This document shows, one piece after another, positions 9,990 through 19,831 of a stretch of DNA of 64,000 nucleotides. Both the position numbers and the translations under genes were made by a program. This DNA comes from an uncultured bacterium (lineage in GTDB: Bacteria; Patescibacteriota; Microgenomatia; Levybacterales; UBA12049): contig CAWGXL010000011.1 of the NCBI GenBank assembly GCA_963826535.1, positions 728,581 to 792,580 of the forward strand. The letters are read 5' to 3'. Numbering within the stretch: the first letter of the stretch is position 1; every line of letters begins with the position of its first letter. The notes under the pieces are model-generated. The model ran no database searches. It was not told the origin of the DNA and saw only the letters and a program-made list of their open reading frames with translations.

Positions 9990-10072
9990 TCTAAATTCTA
10001 AACAATATCAAAATTCAAATGTTTTAAATTTATGTTTTTGGATTTCAAAATTTGTTTAGGATTTAGAATTTT
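9990..10072. repeat. AT-rich palindromic intergenic repeat (short copy 3)
   Basis: AAATTCTAAACAATATCAAAATTCAAA...TTTGTTTAGGATTTAGAATTTTG. Lies between dnaX and ybaB. Confidence 0.55.
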
Positions 10073-10091
10073 GTAGAGGAGGTGAGTATTT

Positions 10092-10382
10092 ATGTTTAAT
10101 CCATTTGGACAAATATCAGAACTTAAAAAGATGCGCGATCAGGCAATGGCAATCCAACGCCAGCTTCAACAGAAGGTTTTGGATATCAATAAGAGCGGAG
10201 TTTATGTTCGTATCAGCGGGGATCAGAAAGTGATCGAGATACGCACAAATGGCAAATCCGATAATGATATTAAAGAAGCGGTGAATGAAGCGATAAAAAA
10301 ATCCCAGGAAGTTGCAGCCAAAGAGCTTCAATCGATGAGTGGTGGAATGGGCGGTCTGGGCGGATTATTAGGGGGGAAGTAA
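10092..10382 (+). CDS. ybaB: YbaB/EbfC nucleoid-associated protein
   Basis: 96 aa. Gly-rich MGGLGGLLGG tail and a coiled N-terminus typical of YbaB. Positioned after dnaX as in many bacteria. Confidence 0.75.
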   Translation: MFNPFGQISELKKMRDQAMAIQRQLQQKVLDINKSGVYVRISGDQKVIEIRTNGKSDNDIKEAVNEAIKKSQEVAAKELQSMSGGMGGLGGLLGGK

Positions 10383-10698
10383 AGTTAATAGACTGTTTCT
10401 CTTTTTCCGTCTCTAAATCGAGAAATTTATTTCATGCCTTTTGCACTTACTTGTGGGTTGGTTTTTCCTTTAAGTCCTGTCCTACCGGTCCAGAATCAGC
10501 AGGTTTAATGCTTGGATTTAGTAATTTTTCTTTACCTCTAATTAGCCGGTCTAGTAGTGTTCTCTGGGAATTTTTATGCGGTTCTATATCTCCGGAAAGC
10601 CCGCCGAACCATACATCGAAACGTTTCATGCAAATTATTATAAGCGATTCAAATGTGGTTGTAAAGATGGGGCTATTCGTAGTATTATACAGTAGCAG

Positions 10699-11604
10699 AT
10701 GAAAATATTCAGTGGGAGTTCGAATAAGCCTTTGGCTAAAAAGATTGCGCGTGGTTTGGGGCAAAAACTTTCTCCTCTGGAGATTTTTATTTTTTCCGAT
10801 GGGGAACGGCGGGTGCGGATTGAGGAGCATATTGTTGGTGAGGATGCAGTTATAGTTCAATCTACTTCGACTCCCGGAGATCAGAATTATATGGAGTTGT
10901 TTTTTATGGCGGATGCGGCAGCCCGCAGCGGGGCGAAGTCGATAACTGCTGTTGTACCGTATTTGGGTTATCAACGGCAAGATCATGTATTTCGTGATGG
11001 AGAAGCTGTGTCAATGGACGTAATTGTAGAGACGCTTGAGGCGGTTGGTATTAATTCGCTGATTGCTTTTGACCTGCATTCAATTAAAATACCAGAGGTT
11101 TTTAAGATCCCAGTTTTACATCTTTCTGCCTTACCATTATTCGCCGAGGAGATTGGTTGTCGAGGATGGATTACCCCGGATACAGTTCTTGTTTCTCCGG
11201 ATATGGGCGGGATCCGGCGGATTAAAATACTTTCCGGATTATTAGGGAAGATGCCATTTGCCGCTATTGAGAAACAGCGAGATCTAGCGACGGGACGAGT
11301 TGAAGCATTGCGAATTGAAGGAAAAGTGGCGCGTCGGGCAATTATGGTAGATGATATGATTTCTTCAGGAAGCACGATGGTGAAAGCAGCGGAGCTACTG
11401 CATGAGCGCGGGGTTGAGGAGGTATATGTTTTTGCTACGCATCCAGTTTTTAGCGCCCGAGCACCGATGCTACTTCAAGACTCGTTGATACAAGATATTT
11501 ATGTTACCGATACCGTATATATTCCTCTCGATAAGTATTTTCCAAAATTGACTGTCTTGTCGGTTGCGGATCGAATTGCGAAGGAAATTGAAGAAAAAAT
11601 GTGA
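10699..11604 (+). CDS. prs: ribose-phosphate pyrophosphokinase
   Basis: MKIFSGSSNKPLAKKIA N-terminus and a PRPP-binding DDMISSGST loop. Confidence 0.85.
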   Translation: MKIFSGSSNKPLAKKIARGLGQKLSPLEIFIFSDGERRVRIEEHIVGEDAVIVQSTSTPGDQNYMELFFMADAAARSGAKSITAVVPYLGYQRQDHVFRDGEAVSMDVIVETLEAVGINSLIAFDLHSIKIPEVFKIPVLHLSALPLFAEEIGCRGWITPDTVLVSPDMGGIRRIKILSGLLGKMPFAAIEKQRDLATGRVEALRIEGKVARRAIMVDDMISSGSTMVKAAELLHERGVEEVYVFATHPVFSARAPMLLQDSLIQDIYVTDTVYIPLDKYFPKLTVLSVADRIAKEIEEKM

Positions 11605-12221
11605 AAATTCCACGAGCTATTCAACAGATGATTGAGAGTTTTGAGCGGTTGCCGGGAATCGGACCGAAGACCGCGCAGCGTCTGACTTTTTACCTTCTTC
11701 ATGTGCCTCAAGGCGAATTAGATCGTTTCGCGCAGGCGGTGCAGAGTGTACGAAAAGATACTTTAATGTGTTCGATTTGTTGGGGTGTTGGTGAGAGAAG
11801 TCCGTGTGAAATTTGTGCAGATATAAAACGAGAACGAAATGTTATTTGTGTGGTTGAGCAGCCGCTTGATGTTTTAGCAATTGAGAGGAGCGGGAAATTT
11901 CATGGGGTTTATCATGTACTGCATGGGAGAATTGATCCGCTCAGTAATATTGGACCAGACGAGATTCGCATAAGCGAACTCGTTTTAAGAATCAAGAATC
12001 AAGAATCAAGAATCAAGGAGGTTATATTAGCTACTAATCCAACAATGGAGGGAGAAGCGACAGCGATGTATATTGCTAAGCAACTTAGGGCTTTGAATTT
12101 AGATCTAAAAATAACAAGAATTGGTAGAGGACTTCCGACAGGGGCGGATTTGGAATACGCGGATCCGATGACGCTTACGCGGGCGTTGGAGGGGAGAAGT
12201 AATTATGGTGAAGTTTTTTAA
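11601..12221 (+). CDS. recR: recombination protein RecR
   Basis: HhH LPGIGPKTAQRL and zinc finger CSICWGVGERSPCEIC. Start overlaps the prs stop (ATGTGA). Contains a heptamer x4 repeat at 11987-12014. Confidence 0.85.
   Translation: MKIPRAIQQMIESFERLPGIGPKTAQRLTFYLLHVPQGELDRFAQAVQSVRKDTLMCSICWGVGERSPCEICADIKRERNVICVVEQPLDVLAIERSGKFHGVYHVLHGRIDPLSNIGPDEIRISELVLRIKNQESRIKEVILATNPTMEGEATAMYIAKQLRALNLDLKITRIGRGLPTGADLEYADPMTLTRALEGRSNYGEVF
11987..12014 (+). repeat. heptanucleotide microsatellite (AAGAATC)x4 inside recR
   Basis: A perfect 4-unit array of 28 nt, within the coding sequence (RIKNQESRIKE). Confidence 0.8.
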
Positions 12222-12783
12222 TCAGGGAGAGATGGGAATTGAGGGGGTTGCCGGAGCTGTTGGTAATGCGGCAAAAAGCGCAGTTAAGACAACGACTGCA
12301 CAAGTAGATGCTACTTCGAATGATATTGCGAATCAGCTTTATGGCCAGCCGCCTGATGCAGCATCCTTGCAGGCGGGGTTAACAGGTTCACAGGAACAAA
12401 TGGATCCAAATGGCGATAAAGGAATTGAGGCAGCCGGGCAGGGAAAAGCAACGGCTGCTTTGAAAGCACAGAGTAATGTGCGAAATCCAGCGGCGCAGTC
12501 GGCTGCGTATCGTCGTCAGAATTTGTTGAAAAGTAAGTCGCCTGATGATGTAGACAAATTAGAGAGGCTAAGGAAGTTGCTTCATGATGAGCAGGTGAGA
12601 GATATTATGGAGCCGAGAAAACAGCAACCTGAAGAATCGGTTGCAGATAAACAAGCCCGCGAGGAGGAAGAGAAAAAGAAAAAGAAACAAGAGAAGCAAT
12701 ATGTTGAAGAGAAAAAGAAGGAGGATTTGGCTGTGACACAAAAGAAAACTTCTATTGAGAATAAGGCATGGGGGGCGGGGTGA
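12205..12783 (+). CDS. hypothetical protein; Ala/Gln-rich N-terminus, Lys/Glu-rich C-terminus
   Basis: 192-aa ORF overlapping the recR end by 17 nt. No motif recognised. Confidence 0.35.
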   Translation: MVKFFNQGEMGIEGVAGAVGNAAKSAVKTTTAQVDATSNDIANQLYGQPPDAASLQAGLTGSQEQMDPNGDKGIEAAGQGKATAALKAQSNVRNPAAQSAAYRRQNLLKSKSPDDVDKLERLRKLLHDEQVRDIMEPRKQQPEESVADKQAREEEEKKKKKQEKQYVEEKKKEDLAVTQKKTSIENKAWGAG

Positions 12784-12786
12784 TTT

Positions 12787-12855
12787 AGTTCAAAGTTCAA
12801 AGTTTAAAGTTCAAAGTTTCCCACAGGGGGACTACCTTCTTCGAAGGGTCGCATT
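12787..12855 (+). repeat. heptamer AGTTCAA x4, followed by a copy of the 45-nt CCCACAGGGGGACTACCTTCTTCGAAGGGTCGCA element
   Basis: Intergenic, directly after the stop of the 12205 ORF. Confidence 0.65.
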
Positions 12856-12870
12856 AATATAAATAAGATT

Positions 12871-13473
12871 ATGATTGATACGAAGAGACATTGGTTTTTG
12901 GGGTTGGAGAAAGTGGTTGGGCGGGCGTTTAATATTTTGCCTGTGACGCCGAATCAGTATACAGTGCTTTCAGGCATATTTGCTTTGGTGGGTTTGTATT
13001 TCATGATAACGCATAGTTTAATATGGGCGATAGTATTCTTTTTTATCGCAGCAGGTTTGGATTTTGTTGACGGAGCAGTTGCCAGAATCCGGCACGTTTC
13101 AACAAAGATGGGGGCATATCTTGATACTATTTTTGATAGATATGTTGAGGGAATTATTTTTTTTGGAATGATTTTTTTAAATCTTCCACAGGTTTTAATT
13201 CCAGGATATGCCTGGATTTTTTTGGCTGTTTTTGGATCTGTGATCACAACTTATGCGAAAGCGGCAGCAAAGGAGAAAGACTTGGTCAATCAGGAATTGA
13301 AGGGGGGACTTATGTCAAGAGGGGAGAGGTTTATTTTGATATTTTTGGCTTTAATAGCGGGGATTATTTATCCGGATTATTTATACATGACTTATTTGAT
13401 TATCATTATAGCAGTTTTGTCTAATATTACCGCGGTTCAGAGGATTTACTCCGCTATTAAAATAAATAAATAG
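12871..13473 (+). CDS. CDP-alcohol phosphatidyltransferase-family membrane enzyme (phosphatidylinositol-phosphate synthase-like)
   Basis: Motif DFVDGAVARIRHVSTKMGAYLDTIFDRY matches DG-x2-AR-x8-G-x3-D-x3-D. Multiple TM helices. Confidence 0.7.
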   Translation: MIDTKRHWFLGLEKVVGRAFNILPVTPNQYTVLSGIFALVGLYFMITHSLIWAIVFFFIAAGLDFVDGAVARIRHVSTKMGAYLDTIFDRYVEGIIFFGMIFLNLPQVLIPGYAWIFLAVFGSVITTYAKAAAKEKDLVNQELKGGLMSRGERFILIFLALIAGIIYPDYLYMTYLIIIIAVLSNITAVQRIYSAIKINK

Positions 13474-13491
13474 TTTATTTTCTTACCATTG

Positions 13492-14391
13492 TTAATCAAA
13501 TGCTCTCAAGGCGTTTTCATGAAGCAGTCCATTCGTTGCTAAAAAATCATTCCTGGCATCCTTTCCTCCCGTCACAAAATCAAATTTACCACTTCCATCC
13601 ATTCTAGTCACTTGCCCACCTGCCTCCTGGACCAATAATAACCCCGGCAAATCCCAAGTTGGTTGTGCTCTGGCTACAGCTATATCAAACCTCCCGGCAG
13701 CTAAATTTGCCAATACATAAGAAGTAGATCCCGGAATATTTGTCCCTCTGCACCTTCTTGCCAATTTAGCAACATCCCGATCATAGTTCCAAAGTTCATC
13801 CTGTCGCACAGCAAGTGCTGCATCTTTAATATTATCTGTTTTTGTAACACCTAACATTCTCGTGCGCTTCTTACCATTCCATACTTCGTCAACATAAGCA
13901 CCCAGTCCTCTTTTTGCGTAATATAATTCCGGACCTTCAGTACCGATAGGCACATAAATCATTGAGAAATCAAAATTACCATTCTTTACATGGCCAATTG
14001 CCAAGGACCAATCCCTACCTCCTCTTGCGAAAACAAAAGTGCCATCAATTGCATCAATTACCCAATAATCCTTTCCAAGATCCTCTCCTCCTTTTTCCTC
14101 GCCCAATATCTTTGCCCCCGGAAATTTTTTTCTGATCAAATGGCTAATATCTGACTCTAATATGGGATCTGCAATAGTGACAATAGAATGGTGGTTTTCC
14201 TTGCTTTCAGCCTGGACACCTTTACGCCAAAAATCGCGAGCCTTTTCGCCGATTATTATTATTTCATCTCCTAAGCGATTCATTTCCTCAAACTTTCCTA
14301 AATTAGTCTCTACCGACTGTTGGCCAATAATTAAGATTTCTCTATTCATTTTCATAATCAGCCTATTATACACCGAATTAATTATTTTCAA
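13492..14391 (-). CDS. inositol monophosphatase family protein
   Basis: WVIDAIDGT (DP[IL]DGT) motif and a metal-binding GEE region. Confidence 0.75.
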   Translation of the reverse strand: MKIINSVYNRLIMKMNREILIIGQQSVETNLGKFEEMNRLGDEIIIIGEKARDFWRKGVQAESKENHHSIVTIADPILESDISHLIRKKFPGAKILGEEKGGEDLGKDYWVIDAIDGTFVFARGGRDWSLAIGHVKNGNFDFSMIYVPIGTEGPELYYAKRGLGAYVDEVWNGKKRTRMLGVTKTDNIKDAALAVRQDELWNYDRDVAKLARRCRGTNIPGSTSYVLANLAAGRFDIAVARAQPTWDLPGLLLVQEAGGQVTRMDGSGKFDFVTGGKDARNDFLATNGLLHENALRAFD

Positions 14392-14436
14392 TGGTAAAAA
14401 ACTACATTTTTATATGATATGATCATTTAATCACCA

Positions 14437-15396
14437 ATGCACAAACAACAGCCTATAAAAATACAAGGACTCGGTATGTTTGCTTCGGCTATGATCTGGG
14501 GCACTTGGGTACTTGTCCTCAGCGGAAATAGTTTACCCGGGTTTTTTGTCACTGCAATAACCTCCTTCACCGGTTTCCTTTGCCTATTAGTCTATATTCT
14601 TATTACCCGCAAGCAAAAACTTTTTCTGGAAGCCTTCAGGATCCCTAGCTTGATGAAGTTTGTAGCTCTAATCGCATTTCTGGAAGCCATTCAAAACGCA
14701 CTTTTTATGGTAGCGTTCTCACTCGCAATCAAAGATGGCGGCTCCGTTTTTATCCCTTTAATCAGGTCATTTATAGGAATTATCACGCCTATTATCGCGG
14801 TCTTTGCCGCCAAAAAGGAATTTTCCTATCTCTACCTGCTTTACGGTATCATCTCAACCATAGGCGCAATTCTCATATTTAGTTGGGAAGGCTTAAACAC
14901 TTCAAGCCGCATAAGCTATTTAGGACTCTCGATGGTTATTGGCTCAGTGATAATTACCAGCTTCGTAGCAATTTTTCAGAGATATATGGCGCTAAAAATG
15001 AAATCAGTCGGGCAACAAGCATCAGTAGTCATCACTTACCAAACCTTGTTATCTGCCATCTTCCTATCACCACTCGTTATAGGTTATTTATTATTAAATA
15101 TTAATTTAGTTAAACCCAGCCTTCTCACACAATTAGCCTATATTGGTTTCTTTGGACTCACACACGTAGCCCTTGCCTTCGTCCTCAAACTTAATGCACT
15201 GAAACATATCACCGCTCAACAAGTAGTTATAATTGCCTATTTAGAGCCTGTTACGAGTGTTGCCTTATCTATAATTTTTTTAAAAGAAACAATAAATTTG
15301 GGATATATAATAGGGGCAATTCTTATTCTCGGCTCCGCAATCGCAGCAGGATTACAATCAACATCTTCTAAACAAACTCTTAAGCATTCAACTTAA
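14437..15396 (+). CDS. polytopic membrane protein, DMT/EamA-like transporter
   Basis: About 10 predicted TM helices in two halves. No catalytic motif. Confidence 0.4.
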   Translation: MHKQQPIKIQGLGMFASAMIWGTWVLVLSGNSLPGFFVTAITSFTGFLCLLVYILITRKQKLFLEAFRIPSLMKFVALIAFLEAIQNALFMVAFSLAIKDGGSVFIPLIRSFIGIITPIIAVFAAKKEFSYLYLLYGIISTIGAILIFSWEGLNTSSRISYLGLSMVIGSVIITSFVAIFQRYMALKMKSVGQQASVVITYQTLLSAIFLSPLVIGYLLLNINLVKPSLLTQLAYIGFFGLTHVALAFVLKLNALKHITAQQVVIIAYLEPVTSVALSIIFLKETINLGYIIGAILILGSAIAAGLQSTSSKQTLKHST

Positions 15397-15514
15397 ACCC
15401 AAAACAAAATTTTTCAAAATGGACGGAGTATTTGAAAATTTATAAAGTAGGAATTTAATTCCTTGATTGAGTTATGTATTTTCTAACCAATATGGAATTT
15501 ATGCAACCTTAATA

Positions 15515-16561
15515 TTATTTTTTCTGGACGACTAACAAACTTTGAGGAGTATTTATATCCCTGTAATTAGGAAAGCCGATAAATTTTTTTACAAGAGTTT
15601 TAAATTTTCTCTTTTCAAAAATTTTACTCCAATCTTCTAAGGTTCTAAAAGTACCGGGAACTGGCATTTTTTCTTTTTGTCCCAAAATCCGATTCGCAAT
15701 CCAATCACAAATGAACATTATTTTTTGGCGATCTCCGGTATTCCATTGCATGAATTTATTATAAAATTTTAAGCCATTTTCAGGTGCAATGCTGGTTGAG
15801 TAGGAATCTTCAAGTATGATTATCTTTGACTTTGTTTTTAGATTCTCTTGTACGTATTCAAGGTAGCGTTGTTGCTCGTCGTATTTCATATGATGGAGCA
15901 CCCAAGTGAGTACAACCGAATCCGGTTTCTCCTTTTTTAGAAATTCAGTAAAATAATCTTCTTTTACAACTTCGAATCTAACTTTTTCGTTCTGAAGAGT
16001 TTTCCATTCGGGATAGGTATTTATATCTATTCCTATTACTTGTCCAAATCTATTATCTTGTGAGTAACGTTTGGCTAAAAATCCTCTACCGCAGCCTACA
16101 TCAATTATTTTTTTCGAAGATGGGGTTGCCGGAACTACATAAGTATTAAAATATTTAGGAACAAGATTTTGATAGAAACCTATTGAGAATATTTTAGTAA
16201 GTTCATCCTGCCATTTCAGGCCAAACTTTTTAACGTCTAAATTTTCGAGATTATTCAGAAGATCATCGAGAAAACTTTTTGAATATCCAATAGAAGAAAG
16301 ACTACTGCTTAAGCTTTCTTTAATAAAAGTGGCAAGATTTTTATTGCTTTTAAGTATTTTTTGAATATCAATGTATTGAAAATTTTCGGACATATTTGTT
16401 ATAAACCAAATTAGACTTAAAACCATTTTTTCTAAAGAGAACTGAATTTTTTTAATTTTATAAAACAGAACTAGCTGGTAATTATCGCTTTTGCATGTTA
16501 AAAAATTCCAGATTACTAACCCCAAATGGCTCAATATTATGAATCCTAGCAGCATGTGCAA
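15515..16561 (-). CDS. class I SAM-dependent methyltransferase with an N-terminal TM segment
   Basis: Motif I IIDVGCGRGFLA. Confidence 0.6.
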   Translation of the reverse strand: MHMLLGFIILSHLGLVIWNFLTCKSDNYQLVLFYKIKKIQFSLEKMVLSLIWFITNMSENFQYIDIQKILKSNKNLATFIKESLSSSLSSIGYSKSFLDDLLNNLENLDVKKFGLKWQDELTKIFSIGFYQNLVPKYFNTYVVPATPSSKKIIDVGCGRGFLAKRYSQDNRFGQVIGIDINTYPEWKTLQNEKVRFEVVKEDYFTEFLKKEKPDSVVLTWVLHHMKYDEQQRYLEYVQENLKTKSKIIILEDSYSTSIAPENGLKFYNKFMQWNTGDRQKIMFICDWIANRILGQKEKMPVPGTFRTLEDWSKIFEKRKFKTLVKKFIGFPNYRDINTPQSLLVVQKK

Positions 16562-17006
16562 ACACCATATCGTTATAATCCCTTTTTGTCATAGGTCCTT
16601 CTATATCAACTTCAGGTAATCTCTTTTTAATTAGTCTTAATCTGTCATTGGCGGTAATTACTCCTCTAGCGATATTAATTGCTTTTAACAAATCACTACC
16701 CGGGTCTCCTCTTTGAAATTCAGTAGTACTAAAATGACCACCGGTGTGAAACTCGCTATAGCGTAGTTTTTCACCTTTTGAGGTTATTGACGAATATTCT
16801 GTTCTAAAAAAATAATTATCTAAAATCGCTGTCCCACTATCTTTTAAATCTACCTGGCGACTTTCAATTTTATATACAGGTTTAGCTTCAACTTTCTTAC
16901 AACCTTCGCGTTCAACTAGTTCTACAAAATTTTCTAGTGATGATGCATCAATAGCTGCTTTTTTTTCAGAGGCCTCTTCGTCATGCCCTGTTTTTCGCTC
17001 TGTCAT
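16482..17006 (-). CDS. hypothetical protein
   Basis: 174-aa ORF overlapping the methyltransferase start by about 80 nt. Uncertain. Confidence 0.3.
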   Translation of the reverse strand: MTERKTGHDEEASEKKAAIDASSLENFVELVEREGCKKVEAKPVYKIESRQVDLKDSGTAILDNYFFRTEYSSITSKGEKLRYSEFHTGGHFSTTEFQRGDPGSDLLKAINIARGVITANDRLRLIKKRLPEVDIEGPMTKRDYNDMVFAHAARIHNIEPFGVSNLEFFNMQKR

Positions 17007-17166
17007 TTCTATATTTATAATGCTTTCTAGGCAGACAAAATTCTTTTATGATTATAAATAAAAAATACTTTATGTACAATACTCTCTTTAGATTCTAAAT
17101 GACTATACTTGAGCGATGTCAATTTTGAGGAATTTTGAGTTATTAAAAGTGTGATATACTACCTGT

Positions 17167-17454
17167 GTGTCAGCAAAAGTTAATATAAATATCTTGGTAA
17201 ACACATTTAAAGAAGGCGATATATATATCGCTTATTCACCCATGCTTGATCTCTCGACGTATGCCCCGACTTTTGAAAAAGCTCAAAAGCGATTTAGGGA
17301 GGCAGTGCAAATATTTTTTGAGGAACTGGACGAAAAAGGTACTACTGAGGAAGTGCTGACAAGTCTGGGATGGAGAAAAATAAAAGATGAATGGACTCCT
17401 CCGTTACCTATTCATAATGAGGTGAGTTCGTTTATGGTGCCTCTTGCAACCTAA
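17167..17454 (+). CDS. HicB-like antitoxin
   Basis: YIAYSPMLDLSTYAPTFEKAQKRFREAV resembles the HicB/UPF0150 core. Immediately followed by a HicA-like ORF. Confidence 0.55.
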   Translation: MSAKVNINILVNTFKEGDIYIAYSPMLDLSTYAPTFEKAQKRFREAVQIFFEELDEKGTTEEVLTSLGWRKIKDEWTPPLPIHNEVSSFMVPLAT

Positions 17455-17457
17455 ATT

Positions 17458-17688
17458 ATGCCTCAAGTTAGACCTATAAAAAGGAGAAAGTATGAAAAAT
17501 TTCTCAAGCTTGTTGGTTGCGAGTTGCAACGTACAAAAGGCGATCATCTTATCTATTCACGTCCTGGATTGAAAAGGCCTGTTGTTATTACTTCGGACTC
17601 TGAGGTACCTGTTTTTCATATTCGTACCAACCTAAGAACGCTTGGAATGACAGTTGAAGAGTATCTTAATATTATCGAGAAGATGTAA
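17458..17688 (+). CDS. HicA-like mRNA interferase toxin
   Basis: KGDHLIYSRPG motif (the KGSH-type box of HicA). 76 aa. Confidence 0.6.
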   Translation: MPQVRPIKRRKYEKFLKLVGCELQRTKGDHLIYSRPGLKRPVVITSDSEVPVFHIRTNLRTLGMTVEEYLNIIEKM

Positions 17689-17705
17689 GTCTAAAATCTT
17701 GTAGC

Positions 17706-18788
17706 TTATGATTTAATGAAATCTTCTACTTTTTGTATTGCCTGGGAGTCTGTGAATTGCTTGGGGGGGGATTTCATGAAGTAGGAACTTGGAGCTTCCA
17801 GGGGGCCGCCGATTTTCCGGTCGATAGCCAGTTTGGCACATCTTATTGCGTCGATAACGATGCCTGCGGAGTTGGGAGAATCCTCGACGGACAGGCGCAG
17901 TTCGATATTCATGGGAATATCACCAAAATGTCTGCTTTCAATGCGGATGAATGCAACTTTGTTATCATTTAGCCATGGCACATAATCACTCGGGCCGATA
18001 TGAACGTTTTCAGAAGCGATTTTTTGATCACGCAGTTCCAGCTGTGATGTAACTGATTTAGTCTTGGAAATTTTTTTGGAAGTTAACCTGCTTCGCGAAA
18101 GCATATTTTGAAAATCCGTATTTCCTCCGACATTTAGTTGATATGTCTTGTCTACAGGCATTCCACGGTCCAGGAATAAATTTGCCAATGTGCGGTGGAC
18201 AATCGTTGCTCCAACTTGGGATTTGATGTCATCTCCGATTATAGGAATATTGGCTTTGATGAAAAGATCAGCCCATTTTTTATCGGATGCTATAAAAACT
18301 GGTAGACAGTTTACTAACGCTACATTTGTTTTCAGGCAGATATCGGCCCAATATTCTGTGGCTTTTTGACTTCCGACGGGTAGATAGTTTATCAAAATTT
18401 CAGCGCCTGATTCTTTAAGAATTGTGACGGGGTCAATGGTGTTTTCTTTGCTTGGGATAACAACTTCCCTCGTATATTCTCCAATACCGTCCAAAACGGG
18501 CACGTTTTGTACAATAACGCCTGTGTTTGGAACACGCGCAAATAGCTTAGTATTATTCGGGAAAGCATAGATCGCTTCTGAGATATCTTTTCCAACTTTT
18601 GTTTCATTCACGTCAAAAGCGGTAACTACCTGGATATCTGCGATTGCATAGCCTCCAAGTATTGTGTGCATGAGTCCTACGACTTTTTTGTCAGCAGTGG
18701 CATTTTTGTAGTATTCGAGGCCTTGTATAAGGGAAGAGGCGCAATTTCCTACTCCAACGATCGCGATCTTGATTTTTTTGTTTGCCAT
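17706..18788 (-). CDS. myo-inositol-1-phosphate synthase
   Basis: Rossmann N-terminus [17 protein letters not shown] and overall MIPS-like length and composition. Confidence 0.75.
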   Translation of the reverse strand: MANKKIKIAIVGVGNCASSLIQGLEYYKNATADKKVVGLMHTILGGYAIADIQVVTAFDVNETKVGKDISEAIYAFPNNTKLFARVPNTGVIVQNVPVLDGIGEYTREVVIPSKENTIDPVTILKESGAEILINYLPVGSQKATEYWADICLKTNVALVNCLPVFIASDKKWADLFIKANIPIIGDDIKSQVGATIVHRTLANLFLDRGMPVDKTYQLNVGGNTDFQNMLSRSRLTSKKISKTKSVTSQLELRDQKIASENVHIGPSDYVPWLNDNKVAFIRIESRHFGDIPMNIELRLSVEDSPNSAGIVIDAIRCAKLAIDRKIGGPLEAPSSYFMKSPPKQFTDSQAIQKVEDFIKS

Positions 18789-18793
18789 TTAAT

Positions 18794-18861
18794 ATGTCAT
18801 TGCGAGGAGCGTAGCTACGTGGCAATCTATAAAGATTGCTTCGCTGCGCTCGCAATGACAT
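18794..18861. promoter_or_regulatory. 68-bp imperfect palindrome (arms ATGTCATTGCGAG / CTCGCAATGACAT) between the divergent inositol-phosphate-synthase and LysR genes
   Basis: Terminal 13-bp perfect inverted repeats with an AT-rich centre. Starts 6 nt upstream of the minus-strand start codon. Confidence 0.5.
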
Positions 18862-18924
18862 AAATTTATCATATTAGATACTATTAGTAAAATTAATGTA
18901 ATTTATGGTGTATAATATATATTA

Positions 18925-19773
18925 ATGATTGATGAGTTACAGCGTTTCGTACTTGTGGCTAATGAGGGGAATCTTACTAAGGCGGCGCAAAAGATCTTTA
19001 TTACTCAATCTGCTTTGACGCAATCTGTACATAGGTTGGAAAAAGAGATCGGGGCGAAGTTATTTGTGCAAAAAGGCAGGTATCTGCAATTGACAGCTGA
19101 CGGTATTGCCCTCAAAGCTCTTGGTGTAAAAATTTTAGATCTGTGGGAAAAAGCTAAGGATAGCCAAGTACGCGGGTCAATGAAGCCAACGCTCACAATT
19201 GGTATGTTCGATAATGCGGCACAACGTTTGGCGTCATTCGTGCAGAAAAATACTCCGTCGCAAAAATTTTCCCTGGAGTTCATGATCGATAACTCAAGTA
19301 GATTATTGTCTAATTTGCAACTTGGGGTCATTGATATTGCCATTATTGTTAAAGGTACCCATCCTTATCCTAAAGAAATTCTCTGTCTAAAAACTTTTGA
19401 GGAAGAACTTATCCCAGTATCATGCCAATTATTTTCCGGGCCAATGCAGAAGATACCGTTTATTCTTTATAACAAAGGTTCCAATACGCGGGAACAAATA
19501 GATATGATTTTTATAAATAAAGGTATAAGGCCCAAAGTATATGCAGAGTCAACTAGTCCAACTTTTATGAAGGAACTCGCGATTTTGAACTGTGGAGTTG
19601 CTTTACTTCCTGAGAATTTGGTGCAGCAGGAATTGAAGCAGGGAATACTGACAAGGCAAACTCTGCCTGTGAAGTGGAAACGTCAATATGGTATTTTTGT
19701 ACAAAAAAATAATAATTTAGAATATATAAATCTGTTTGTAAACGAAATTGTCCAAATTCTTCAAGCGTATTAA
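18925..19773 (+). CDS. LysR-family transcriptional regulator
   Basis: N-terminal HTH LQRFVLVANEGNLTKAAQKIFITQSALTQSVHRLE. Divergent from the inositol-phosphate synthase gene. Confidence 0.8.
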   Translation: MIDELQRFVLVANEGNLTKAAQKIFITQSALTQSVHRLEKEIGAKLFVQKGRYLQLTADGIALKALGVKILDLWEKAKDSQVRGSMKPTLTIGMFDNAAQRLASFVQKNTPSQKFSLEFMIDNSSRLLSNLQLGVIDIAIIVKGTHPYPKEILCLKTFEEELIPVSCQLFSGPMQKIPFILYNKGSNTREQIDMIFINKGIRPKVYAESTSPTFMKELAILNCGVALLPENLVQQELKQGILTRQTLPVKWKRQYGIFVQKNNNLEYINLFVNEIVQILQAY

Positions 19774-19831
19774 ATTTTAATTTAGGCTTATCTATTTGAA
19801 ATTCTTGTTGGCTCCGTTATAATGCTTACAT

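Noticed and set aside
10447-10986. Minus-strand 179-aa ORF overlapping the prs start
   Set aside because: It overlaps a well-supported prs coding sequence and an intergenic region, and has no features. Judged spurious.
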